A stretch of DNA of 64,000 nt, taken from an uncultured Chloroflexia bacterium (GTDB taxonomy: Bacteria; Chloroflexota; Limnocylindria; Limnocylindrales; CSP1-4). The notes under the pieces were generated by a model, which saw nothing but the letters and a program-made list of their open reading frames with translations, was not told the DNA's origin and did not search any database. The position numbers and the translations under genes were made by a program. Of the stretch, positions 53,341-63,798 are shown piece after piece; positions within the stretch are counted from its first letter, which is position 1, and every line of letters begins with the position of its first letter. The stretch spans positions 454,823 through 518,822 of the forward strand of contig CAVRGY010000017.1 of NCBI GenBank assembly GCA_963720825.1. Direction: 5' to 3'.

Positions 53341-54192
53341 TCATTCTGGGGCCCAGAGCGACGGGCGCCAGCGCGCCGCCCCTGCCTTGACTTTCTGGCG
53401 GTCCAGCTGCGCGAGGATCACGAGGCTCTCGAGCCCTGTCTCCACCGCGGCGGCTTCCGCCCGGTCCTTCGCCTCGCCGGTCACGAACTCGCCCGTCCGG
53501 CGATTGGCGAACACGGTGCACACGGCGCCGGCGCGACAACCACCGAGACTTGCGAGCACGAAGAGCGCCGAGGCCTCCATCTCGAAGTTGAGGATGCCCT
53601 GCCGGGTCATCTCAGCAGCGACGTCAGGGTAGCGGATGGGCAGCTGGGGGATCGGGCGTCCCTGCGCGGCGAAGAATCCGGGCGCCGTCGCCGTGATCCC
53701 CAGGTGATGGCGATGCCCAAGCCGTTCGGCAGACTCCAGCAGCGCCAACACGGCCTCGTAGTGGGCAACCGCCGGATAGCCCTCGTGGACGAACCAGCTG
53801 GTCGTCGTCTCGAGCCGCACGGACCCGGTGGAGATCACGAGGTCTCCGAGCTCCATGCCCTCCTGAAGGCCGCCGCTGGAGCCGATACGGATAAGCGTCG
53901 GCGCCTTGACCAGCGCCAGGATCTCGCTCACGACGATCTCGATGTTGTCCGTACCGATCCCGGTTGACAGGCACGACACGCGCAGGCCCTTGTAGGTCCC
54001 GGTTGCCGTGTTGAACTCGCGGTGTCGATGGCGGAAGTCGACCGTGTCGAAGTAGGTGGCGACGCGGTCGGTGCGGTCCTGGTCCCCCGGGAGAAGGATG
54101 TACTCGGCAAGATCGCCCGGGCCGAGCCCGATGTGATACTGCCGGTCGCCGACCGGAATTGCGACGCGGGTATCCGCGTTGGGCAAGGCCAC
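53341..54192 (-). CDS. Nucleoside phosphorylase (PNP/UDP family 1, uridine phosphorylase-like)
   Basis: 283 aa with LLPGD..R, STGIG, RIGSSGG and the EMEASALF motif characteristic of hexameric NP-I enzymes. Confidence 0.8.
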   Translation of the reverse strand: MALPNADTRVAIPVGDRQYHIGLGPGDLAEYILLPGDQDRTDRVATYFDTVDFRHRHREFNTATGTYKGLRVSCLSTGIGTDNIEIVVSEILALVKAPTLIRIGSSGGLQEGMELGDLVISTGSVRLETTTSWFVHEGYPAVAHYEAVLALLESAERLGHRHHLGITATAPGFFAAQGRPIPQLPIRYPDVAAEMTRQGILNFEMEASALFVLASLGGCRAGAVCTVFANRRTGEFVTGEAKDRAEAAAVETGLESLVILAQLDRQKVKAGAARWRPSLWAPE

Positions 54193-54477
54193 GTCCCTCG
54201 TTCAGCACGCTCGTGCGAGCGTGCGGCTGGCGCCGAGGATAGGGGCCCAATTCGAGGGCCGTCAAGCGTGACCCGGGGGAGCATGCGCCGCCGACCACCG
54301 AACGGGGCCCACGAATGGACACGATCCGGGCCGAGAACGGGGGCGGTCGAGTCCGGCGCGCGACCCGGGCGAGGCACGCACGCGGGGCAAGTGCGGCCGC
54401 GAACCGGGCTGAACGCGGACGCGCACGGCCTCGGCCCGGGTGTCGTCGGCCTCGCGCCCACCCGGGCCACCCGCAAT

Positions 54478-57400
54478 TCAGTGGCCCGCTGGCCCGCCAC
54501 CATCCCGGCCGGGTGCTCCGAAGGCCGCGAGGCGAGCGACGACCCGGGCCCGGATCGCGCGTCGAGCGTGGTGGCGACGGAGCGCGGTCACCGCGACCGA
54601 GGCGAGGGCGAGCAGCAGCATCGTTCCCAGGCCCGCCGGGGCGAGATCCACGCCCATGTCGGACGAGATGCCGGCCAGGGCAAGGACACGATCGCCGCCC
54701 TGCGTCGCGGGAGTTGCGGATGGCCGGAGCCCTCCGGCTGCGGGAACACCGGTGCCGCCGGCCAGCACGAGGCCGGCCGGATCATCGACCACGAGCACGA
54801 GCTGGTCGCGTTGCTCGGGCGTGCCCACGGCGTTGAGCACGTCGCCCGGCTCGAGCAGCGCGAGGACCGTTGCCGCATCCCCGGTGAGCAGGATGGGCGC
54901 AGTCGCCGTGCCGTCGTCGAGATCGACGCCATCCGGGGCGAGCGCCGCCACGATCCCGCCGACACGGACCACATGGCCGATATGCCCCGAGAGCTGGTCC
55001 AGGTCAATGTCCTGGGCCGCACTGTCGGTGAATGGACCAGGCCGACCGGACCCGGCCCCAGTCGCCGCGCCGGGACGCGATGCGGGCACGCTGCCCGGAC
55101 GGCCGCGAACGGCGCTGCTCGGCGCCAGGTCGACGTCGGCAAGGCTCCTGGGCACGATCGCGAAACGCTGGTCGGCCGCCGTCGGGTACGCGCGACGGGC
55201 GATCCCGACGATCGTCGCGAGCCTGCCCACGACCATGTGGGATGCGTCGATCCCGCTGCCATCGAGACCCGACACGGGGATCCGGAGGCCGTTGGCATCG
55301 AGCTCGGCCCGCCACCGCGCGCCGAGCTTGTGCAGCTCGACGACGGTCCCGCTCACGCGGACGAGCTGCCATTCCCGGGCCTCGGTGGGCATGACGTGCA
55401 AGGTGTGGACGGCTGGTTGCGTCGAGCCGAGGGCGACCACCGCGTCGGCCTTGAGCCGGGGGGCGCCATATGCACGGCCGACCGTACCCGTGACGCGAAG
55501 CCGGGCGCCGACCCGGACGGCAGGATCCGGGGCGGGGAGATACACCTCGATCGCTCCCGTGGTGTCCTCGATGACCGTCCGCCGACGGCTCGTGTCGAGG
55601 AGCGACACGCCGACCGTGACTACGCCTTCCACCACGACGTGGTCTCCGTCCCTCGAGATCGCGGTCCCGATCGCGATCACCGGATCGCCGGCAGACGGCG
55701 CCGGGGAACCGGCGGGGCTGGGGGTGGGAGTCTGACCTGTGGGGACGATGTCGGCCGCATCGCGCAGCCACAGGCGGTATCCGTCGAGCACGCCCTTTCG
55801 CGATGCCCGCTGCCCGATGATGCCGGTGAACGTGCCACTCAGGCCCTTCGCCAGGGACGCCGCGGTGAAGCCGGCCGAGCCATCGGTGCGCACGATCAGC
55901 TCGACGCCGTCGGGACCGGTGATCCGGAACGACAGGTCGTCGCTGGTCGCCTTCGTCGCCGAGGTCGCGATGATGCCGTACGTGGTTACGAGTCGACCCT
56001 CGAGCGCTTCGCCGGCCATGCCCGGATCGATCGCATACGGCACCGGGAGGGCGGCGAGGCCGGTACGGACGATCCCGCCCGCGACAGTTCGCAGCTCGGT
56101 CTGGCCATAGGGATCCGCGATGGTGCCGGTCACCTCCAGCATCGTGCCGCGTGGCGGCGCGACGATGCCGTCGGGCAGACGAACCGGAAGGCCGCCTCCT
56201 GCGTCACCGATCACCAGCAGCGATGGCGTTCCAAGCCGGCCTGCCTCGGCGATCACCACACCCCGGACCACCACCCGGCTGCCAACCGGCAGCGCCCGTG
56301 CCGTCGTGATGTCGATCGCGGTCGGGGACGGCGTGGACGTGATGGACGGGGATGGCGTGGCGGAGGGGGACGGCGTGAGCGTCGGGCTGGGCATCGCGCT
56401 GGGCGTCGGTGCTGGCGTGGGTGTCGGCGACGGCGACGCCATCACGACCGCCAGCTCTCCCGGAAGCGTCGCGAACAGGCGATAGCCGAGCAGACCCGTG
56501 CCGCCGCTGTCGCGCTGACCGAGGGGGCCCCGGGCGACCACCATCGAACCGGTCACCGGCGTGAGGTCACCGAGCGCTGCGGGTCCGGCGATCACGCGGA
56601 CGGGACCCGTTCCGTCATCGATCATCAGGCCGAGGCCATCCGCGAGGTCGGCAGGTGCCTCGGTGACCACGCCGGCCAGCTCCAGCCGTCGCCCTTCGAG
56701 CGGCTCGCCAGCCAGGCCCGTGGTTGCCACCAGGGCGATTGGGAGGCTGCCGACGCCAAGAACTGCGATGTCGCTCGCCGAGACCTTGATCGTTCGCTGC
56801 GAGTACCGGCTCGACATGACGCCGGTCGCGCGGATCCGGGTTCCGGCCGGCACGGGTGCAGCGATCGCCGCATCGAGGTAGAGCCCTATCCCGGCCGTGT
56901 CGTCCTGGACGAAGCCGCCGCGCGACCCATCGATCGATCCGAGGTCCAGGGTGAGCGTCGCTTCGATCCTGACCGACGTCCCGTCCGGCAACGCCCGGGC
57001 ATCCGCGATCGAGACGATCGCGAGGGGTGCCGGACTCGGCGATGCGCTCGGGGTCGGCGTAGGCGTGGAAGTCGGGGTCGGGGTGGGGTCGGGGTCGGGG
57101 TGGGCGTTGGCGCGGGCGTCGCCGTGGGGCTCGGGGTCGGGGTCGCCGTGGGGCTTGGCGTCGATGTCGGCGTGGGGGTCGGCGTCGATGTTGGCGTCGG
57201 GGTCGGCGTCGGACTTGCCGCCGGCGTCGGACTTGCCGCCGGCGTCGGACTTGCGCTCGGCATCGGCGATGACGAGGGTGCCGGCGCGGGGTCAGCGGCA
57301 AGGTTCTGGGCAACCGGTGCGGCGTTGACCGCGAAGTCGGCGGCGTTGTCGTTGGTGTCGACGCCATTGCCGCCGTCGCCACCCGGACGGCGCTCGATCG

Positions 57401-57948
57401 AGGATCCGGCCGGCGGTGCGGCCGCGGGCAAGCCCTCCACGTACGGGTTGGCCGCGTCGCCCCAACCGACCGAGTCGATCGTCGCCCCACCGATGGCCCG
57501 CAGCGCGACCGCTCCACCGGTCGCGGCGAGGCCCCCGGAGTAGGTCACGTCCGCGATCGTCCCGTAGGTGCCGAGGCCGTTGGCGATCAGGAGGTGGCGC
57601 CCGGGGTCGAGCACCAGGGACGCCGTCCACGACGCCTTGCGCGTGATCGTCGCACCCGAGCTCGTGACGTACACGACCTCGAGCCCGTCGAGGTCGAGCG
57701 GGACCCGCCGATGCGTTGGTCAGCTCGATCAGCTCATCGGAGGCCGAGACGCCGCCGGTGACGACCTCCGCGACCAGCAGGCCGGGCGAGGGCGTCCAGG
57801 GCACCTGCTCCAGCGGCGCTGCGGCGGCGAGCCGGATCGACTGCGCCGGCGCCGGCGGCGCCGAGAGCGAGCACAGCACCAGGATCAGCAGGGCGACATA
57901 TGAAGCCAGTCGGGCGCGCGCCATCGAGGACCTCCGGGCGGGAGACAT
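54478..57948 (-). pseudogene. Large secreted, membrane-anchored protein, read across three frames. It has a signal peptide, a lamin-tail domain, PT-rich linkers, about six OB/beta-barrel-like modules and a C-terminal TM anchor.
   Basis: Fragment 1 (track 57292..57948) has the signal peptide and the LTD start ([20 protein letters not shown]). Fragment 2 (56886..57674) has the rest of the LTD ([11 protein letters not shown]...DSVGWG...NDNAADF) and a PT linker. Fragment 3 (54478..56991) has repeated ~90-aa modules and ends in LLLALASVAVTALRRHHARR. The frame switches are at about 57700-57702 and about 57084-57086. Confidence 0.7.
57205..57258. repeat. 18-bp tandem repeat (x3) in the PT-rich linker of the LTD protein
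   Basis: GGCGTCGGACTTGCCGCC occurs twice perfectly, then once with 2 mismatches. It encodes AASPTP units. The adjacent region 57060-57200 is made of degenerate ACCCCG-type hexamers. Confidence 0.7.
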
Positions 57949-58086
57949 CAGGGGCGGGACGGGCAGGCGAGGGGCAGCGTACGCGCCGTCACTTATCGGC
58001 GGCTCAACCCTCGAGCCGGGGACCGGATACCATGCACCGGCCGAGCCCGCCCGTCACGCGGCATCGGCCGATACAGGAGGAACCCC

Positions 58087-58845
58087 TTGGCTCGCGCCAA
58101 GCGCACCGACCGAAATGAGGCCCGGCGCCGATACCGGGCGGAGCAGGCTGCCCTTGCCGAGGCGCCCGAGCCGGACGAAGCCGACGAACCCTTGCCGCAG
58201 CCTTCCGGGCGCGGCGCCAAGCCAGCATCCGCGACCGGAGCGGCGCGCCCGAGCATCGTCGGCGCGTTCAGGGGCGCTTTCCGCCCGCTCGACCTGCGCG
58301 GCGACATCGCGGTCATCCCCGCGGTTGCCACCCATTGGGCGGTGCTCGTCTCGGTGTCCGTGTCCGTCATTGCGACGGTGGTGTTCATCGCGGCGACAAG
58401 CGAGCTCGGCGCGTCGCTCGACATGACGAAGCCGAACCCCCTCGAGGGCCAGACCATCTCTTCGGCGTCGAACCTGTCGTATCTGGTGATCAGCCTGTTC
58501 GTGGCACCGCCGCCGGCGGCGGGCGCATTCCTGATCGGGTTCACCGCCAAGCGGGCGAGCTGGATCGGTGGCCTCATCCAGGGGATCGTCGCCGCTGCGT
58601 GCTACGCGGCCGTGGTCCTCAGCCCAGCCGGCCGGGTGATCGTCGGCGGCGCCAACGTGGACACGGTCGTCCTGAGCGCGGTTGCCTTCAGCCCGCTCGG
58701 CGCGGCGTTCTTCGCGGCAACGGCGGCCTGGTACCGGCGGTTCCTCAACATGGCCAACCCGAACCGCGGCGCACGTCGCCCGACACGGTCGAACAACCGG
58801 CAGAAGTCGAGGCCGGCCACCGGGAGGTCAAGCGCCCGCCGCTGA
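58087..58845 (+). CDS. Hypothetical membrane protein with a basic N-terminus and a basic C-terminal tail
   Basis: The TTG start is preceded by AGGAGG. The protein has an Arg/Glu-rich N-terminus, four TM helices and an Arg-rich tail. No known motif. Confidence 0.55.
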   Translation: MARAKRTDRNEARRRYRAEQAALAEAPEPDEADEPLPQPSGRGAKPASATGAARPSIVGAFRGAFRPLDLRGDIAVIPAVATHWAVLVSVSVSVIATVVFIAATSELGASLDMTKPNPLEGQTISSASNLSYLVISLFVAPPPAAGAFLIGFTAKRASWIGGLIQGIVAAACYAAVVLSPAGRVIVGGANVDTVVLSAVAFSPLGAAFFAATAAWYRRFLNMANPNRGARRPTRSNNRQKSRPATGRSSARR

Positions 58846-61216
58846 TCCGGCGAGGGCGGCCTCGGCCGCCGGCCTGCTGCCGGCGGGACCTGCCTCGAGC
58901 GCTGGCTCGCGCCAGTCCCGGTTCACCCCAGCCTGCGCATCCCCGCGTGACCGAGCTGTCGCACGCCGGCCGGTGAGACCGGTCCACCGACGGCTGCCGC
59001 GACGTCGACCAGCGGCACGACCTCCCGCGCGATGACGTTGACCACGTCGCCCTCGCGCTGGAGATCCCCATCGACCAGGAGCAACGCGTGACGGCGGACC
59101 ACGGAACGGAGCCGCTGCCAGGTGTCCGGCCAGAGCGTGACGTTGACCATGCCGGTCTCATCCTCGAGCGCCAGGAACACCGTCCCGCGCGCGGTCATCG
59201 GGTGCTGCCGGGTCACCACCAGCCCGCCGATCCGCACCCGTCCCGGGCGTCGTTCGCCGAGCGCCGCGTTGGTCACCGCCCCCAGCCGGTCCAGCGCATC
59301 CCGGAACAATCCCACCGCCTGGCGTCGGGCATCCAGGCCGATCACCGCGTAGGCGTCCCCGAGCCGTTCCGGCTCGGTGATCGCGGGCAGCAACGGGGCG
59401 TCGGTCGCCGGCAGCCGGAGGCCCATCGGCCGGCCGGCGGCACGTTTCGTCCCGCCCGCGCCGCGGACGGCGCGCCCGTCCATGCGCCCCTTCGCCACGC
59501 CGGCGACCTCGCGCAGCTGCCACAGCAGCTCCCGCCGCGGGCGCCCGAGCGAGTCCAGCGAGCCCGCCCGGATCAGCTGCTCCATCACCTCCTCGGACAG
59601 CCCGGTACGCTCCACGACATCGGCCAGGCTCGCGTACGGCCCACGCGCGAGCTCCGCGTCCAGCCGCGGCTGCTGCTCCTCCCCGATCCCCTTGACCAGG
59701 TGCAGGCCAAGGCGGACGCCCCAACCGGTCATCGTCTCCGCCGCCCAGCGCTCCCGCGAGACCGCGCCCGGGATCATGCACGCGGGTGAGCGCACCGGCG
59801 CAGGTCGCGCCTCGATCCCGCAGCCCTCCGGCAGCGACTCGCCGTCGTCGGCGTCGTGCGACCCGTCGTCGCCCTCGGATCCCGCCATCGCCCAGCCGGG
59901 GCGGCCGACCCACTCGGTCGTCGTCCGCCACGAGCTCCGGTTGACGTCCACCGGCAGCACGGCGACGCCGTGGCGTTTCGCGTCGTTGACCAGCACCTCC
60001 ACCGGGTAGAAGCCCATCGGCTGCGCATTGATCAGCCCGACCACGAACTGGGCCGGGATAGAACAGCTTGAGGAAGCTCGATTCGTAGGCCGTGCGGGCA
60101 AAGGCGGCGGCATGGCTCTTGGCAAAGCCGAACGAGGCGAACGCCGCGCACTGCCGGAACAGCTCCTCGGCGTCGTCGCGTGGCAGCCCCTGGACGCGGA
60201 TGCAGCCCTCGACGAACTGCTCGTGGAGCTTCTCCATCTCGCGGGTCGAGCGCCAGGTCCCCATCGCCCGCCGGAACCCGTCCGAGCCGGCAGGCGTGAA
60301 CCCCGCGACGTCGATCGCGATCTTCATCACCTGCTCCTGGTACAGGATCACGCCCAGGCTGTCGTGGAGGATCGGCTCCAGGCTGGGGTGCAGGTAGGTG
60401 ACCGGCTCCAGGCCCTGCTTGCGGCGCAGGTACGGGTGGACGGCATTGCCCTGGATGGGACCGGGGCGGATGATCGCGACCTCCACGACCAGGTCGTCCA
60501 GGCTGGCCGGCCGGGACTTGGGCAGCGTCTGCATCTGCGCCCGGCTCTCCACCTGGAACACGCCCACGGTGTCGGCGGCCTGGAGCATCGCGAACACCTC
60601 CGGGATGTCCTCCGGGATCCGGTCGAGGTCGACGCACACGGCGCAGTCGTGCTCGATCAGCTGGAGGGTCTCGTCGATGGCGGCCAGCATCCCGAGACCC
60701 AGCAGGTCGAGCTTGATCAGCTTCATCGCCTCGACGTCGCGCTTGTCGTACTGGACGACCACCCGGCCGGGCATCGTCGCGCGCTCCACCGGTGCGATGT
60801 CGATGAGCGGGGAGGCGGTGATCAGCATCCCGCCGCTGTGGATCGAGAGATGGCGCGGGAAGCCGTCGATGCGGGCGCACAGCTCCAGCCAGCGCTCCCA
60901 GTCGGAGAGGTGTGCGACCGACCCGGTGTGACGCGCAGGATCCGGCGACGGCAGCGGCTCGACGCGGGCGACGCTGCTCACCGGATCGAAGCGACGCGCC
61001 GCCGGGAGGAGCACCCCGCTGTCCGGGTGAAGGCGGCGGGCAACCTCGCGCCGCAGCGTTGGGTTCGGGCCCGTCCCGTGGCCGGTCCCCCGGCCGGCAC
61101 GCAGCCAGGCCACGCTCGCCGGCGTGTCACCCGGTCCGCCTTCATCATCCTGGAGTCCACCCGGGCGGATGGACGGCGGCGATTCGGGGGCGCCCTCCCA
61201 TACACCCGATCTCGAA

Positions 61217-61252
61217 GGTTCGATCGCCGGCCTGGGTTCGATCGCCGGCCTG
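61217..61252. repeat. Perfect 18-bp tandem duplication inside the dnaE2 insertion
   Basis: GGTTCGATCGCCGGCCTG occurs twice, followed by a partial third copy. Confidence 0.75.
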
Positions 61253-61606
61253 GCTTCGCGTCCCCCGATCGCCGTGTCCGTGTGCATCCTGGCGGTTGGC
61301 GGAGCGTAACCGCAGCACGGCCGGGTCTCCGTCGGGCTCCGGGACGCTGGCTGGTGGTGTCCGCAGCATGGATGCAGGACCGCCAAGCCCGTCGGTGGTC
61401 GCTTGCGCCCCCGCCTGCCCGGGTTCAACGCCTGCCAGCCTGCGAAATGCACGTGAAACGAGCACAGGATCCGACTGGATGGGAACATCGGATGGCGGGT
61501 CCGAGGGTTCTCCCCGGGCCGGCGTGGCCGTCCGGATCCGACCTCCACGCTCGTGGTTGAGCTGGCCCATCGTGTCAGTCAGCCCGCGGGCCTCGGCCAG
61601 GGACGC

Positions 61607-61648
61607 GGCCGCGAGATCCGATCCGGCCGCGAGATCCGATCCGGCCGC
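61607..61648. repeat. Perfect 18-bp tandem duplication inside the dnaE2 insertion
   Basis: GGCCGCGAGATCCGATCC occurs twice plus a 6-nt partial copy. It encodes GSDLAA GSDLAA. Confidence 0.75.
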
Positions 61649-63377
61649 TCCCGGTCGCGCGAAGAATTCCGCGAACCCGCCCTCGGCCTCCAGGTCCCGT
61701 CGGACCATCACGCTGTCGTACGTCTCGAGCGCCTTCGCGACCCGGTCCACGAGCGGCCGCGGGAACCCGAGCGCATGCCCCACCTCGCGGACGGCGGACC
61801 GCGCCCGATACGTGACGAGGTTGCAGACCATCCCCGTGTGGTCGGCCCCGTACGTCTCGTAGACGTACTGGATCACCTCCTCCCGCCGTGCTGAGCTGAA
61901 ATCGATGTCCACGTCCGGGTACGCGGTCCTGCCCTCGTTGATGAACCGCTCGAACAGCAGCTCGTGGCGGATGGGATCCACGCGCGTGATGCCGAGCACG
62001 TAGGCCACGATCGAATCTGCCGCGCTTCCCCGCCCCTGGGCAGGGATCCCGCGCGATCTCGCGAACTGCATCAGGTCCCAGCAGATCAGGAAGAACTCGG
62101 CAAGACCGGTCTTCTCGATCACGTCCAGCTCGTGGGCCAGCTGGCGCATGACCGCCGGCGTGAACGGGTGGTACCGGCGACGGGCGCCTTCCCAGCACAG
62201 CCCGGACAGGTGGCTGAACGGTGTCTCGCCCTTCGGCACGTCGAACCCGGGAAAGCGGTAGCGCTCGAAGGCGAGATCCACGCGGCACGCGGCCGCGATC
62301 TCGGCCGATGCCGCGATCCCCTCGCGCCAGGCCCGCGCCAGGACGGGATCGGTCCGCGCCGTCGACGGCTCACCCGGGCGGCAACGCCATGAGGTCTGCC
62401 CCGGACTTGAGATAGGACTCTCCGTCCGGGCGGCGAAGGTCGCGAAGCTCGGACAGGGTGCGTCCGTGGCGGATCGCGGTCAGGATGTCGTGCAGCTCCC
62501 GGCCCTCGGGGTGGGCGTAGTGGACATCGTTGGTGACGACCACCGGCAGCCCGAGCTCGGCGGCCAGGTGCGCCGTCTCCGAGACGAGCCAGTCGTCGTC
62601 GGGCAACAGGTGATGGGAGAGCTCGACCACCAGGCCGCTCGCGGCGGCCGAGTGCCCGCGCATGACGAGCGGCCCCGCGCGCCCGAACAGCTGTGCGTAC
62701 CGCTCCGCGACCGCTCGCGCGCCTTCGCGGTCTCCGGCCCGGAGCCGTCTGGCCAGCTCGCCGTGGCGGCAGCCGGAGAGCGCGATCAGCCCCTCCGCGT
62801 GGTCAGCCAGGAGGGCATGCGTGAACGACGGAACGGCCTTCGAACCGGCGAGGTTCGCGCGGGACACCAGCCGGCACAGGCTCCGCCAGCCCGTCGCATC
62901 CCGCGCGAGCAGCACGAGATGCGGGCCACGCTGATCCGGTCCGATGCCCCGGTGATCCTCCTTCCTGACCGTCCGATGCCCCGGGAGGCGCGTCCGCTCG
63001 GGCCGTGGCCGAACGGGCCGGCCATCCGCCACCCGTCGATCCGCGAGCGCGGTCGGTGGCCGCCGCCCCGGTCTCCATGCCCGCCGTGCAGGAACGACGA
63101 TCCCCGATGGGTCCGGGACGGCCGCGTCCAGCAGCTCGATCTCGATCCCGACGACCGGGTGAAGCCCCGCCGCCTCGGCCGCGGTCGAGAACCGGACGGC
63201 CCCATACAGGCCCTGGCTGTCGGTGACGGCAAGCCCCGTCAGGCCCATCTCCACGGCGCGATCCACGAGGTCGTCCGGCGCAGACGCCCCGTCCAGGAAC
63301 GAGAAATGGCTATGACAATGCAGCTCGGCGTAGGCGGGATGAGCCACGCGACGGTTCTCCGGGGGCGGAGGCCCAAT

Positions 63378-63397
63378 GATAGAACATCTGTTCTATC
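63378..63397. promoter_or_regulatory. LexA (SOS) box upstream of dnaE2
   Basis: GATAGAAC-ATCT-GTTCTATC has perfect 8-bp arms around the GAAC-N4-GTTC core of Gram-positive-type SOS boxes. It lies 31-50 nt upstream of the dnaE2 ATG, in the only AT-rich patch of this intergenic region. Confidence 0.75.
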
Positions 63398-63493
63398 TCT
63401 ACTCGCCCCGGCATGCTGCACCGGCGAACGCAATCAGACGCTCGAGATTTTGACCGGTCTCGGGCGCAACCGAAGGACCCGATCGCGCGTCTC

Positions 63494-63631
63494 ATGCCCG
63501 TGACTGCCAATCCTGCCCCCAGGCCCGCCCGCCGCGTCGCCCTCGAGCTGGTCCTGCGCGCCCTGGCGATCGCGCTCGTGACGTTGCTCATCCTCGGCCT
63601 GCTCCCGGCGATCGCGGAAGCAGCCCGCTGA
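63494..63631 (+). CDS. Possible small single-TM protein (45 aa)
   Basis: MPVTANPAPRPARRVALELVLRALAIALVTLLILGLLPAIAEAAR has one clear TM helix. There is no homology support, and the track ORF could start earlier at 63413. Confidence 0.25.
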   Translation: MPVTANPAPRPARRVALELVLRALAIALVTLLILGLLPAIAEAAR

Positions 63632-63798
63632 ACGATCCAGGTTCCGGCCGACCCGAGGTCGCCGGAACGTACGACGGCGACGGACGTTGCGATGGCGACC
63701 GTCGACCTGCCACGGGCACGGCAGTCCCGTGGCCCAGGGCCCCTGTCGCACCTGCGACAGGGGCCCGTCGCGTCCGGTACCGCTACGATAGGAACCGC

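Larger units (their letters stand above)
58923..63347 (-). pseudogene. dnaE2: Error-prone DNA polymerase III alpha subunit DnaE2, read across four frames
   Basis: The PHP domain (YAELHCHSHFSFLDGAS) is in track ORF 62370..63347. The palm region (GLAEFFLICWDLM, PDVDIDF) is in 61145..62281. The fingers (PRHLSIHSGGM, VGVFQVESRAQM, IRPGPIQG, FGFAKSHAAAF) are in 59158..61548. The remainder (LINAQPMGFYP ... OB fold and C-terminus) is in 58923..60125. The frame switches are at about 62373-62378, somewhere within 61150-61550, and at about 60055-60057. Confidence 0.85.

Noticed and set aside
54560-54640. The LAPAG sequence before the C-terminal TM helix of the LTD protein, considered as a sortase (LPXTG/LAXTG) sorting signal.
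   Set aside because: The essential Thr is missing (LAPAG rather than LAxTG) and no sortase gene is in the window. I describe it only as a TM anchor with a basic tail.
57060-57290. A regularly spaced short-repeat region, together with the (GGC)n tract at 10647-10722, considered as possible CRISPR-like or other arrays.
   Set aside because: The units are 6-18 bp with no unique spacers. They lie in frame within coding sequence, where they encode PT-rich or Gly-rich linkers. No cas genes are in the window.
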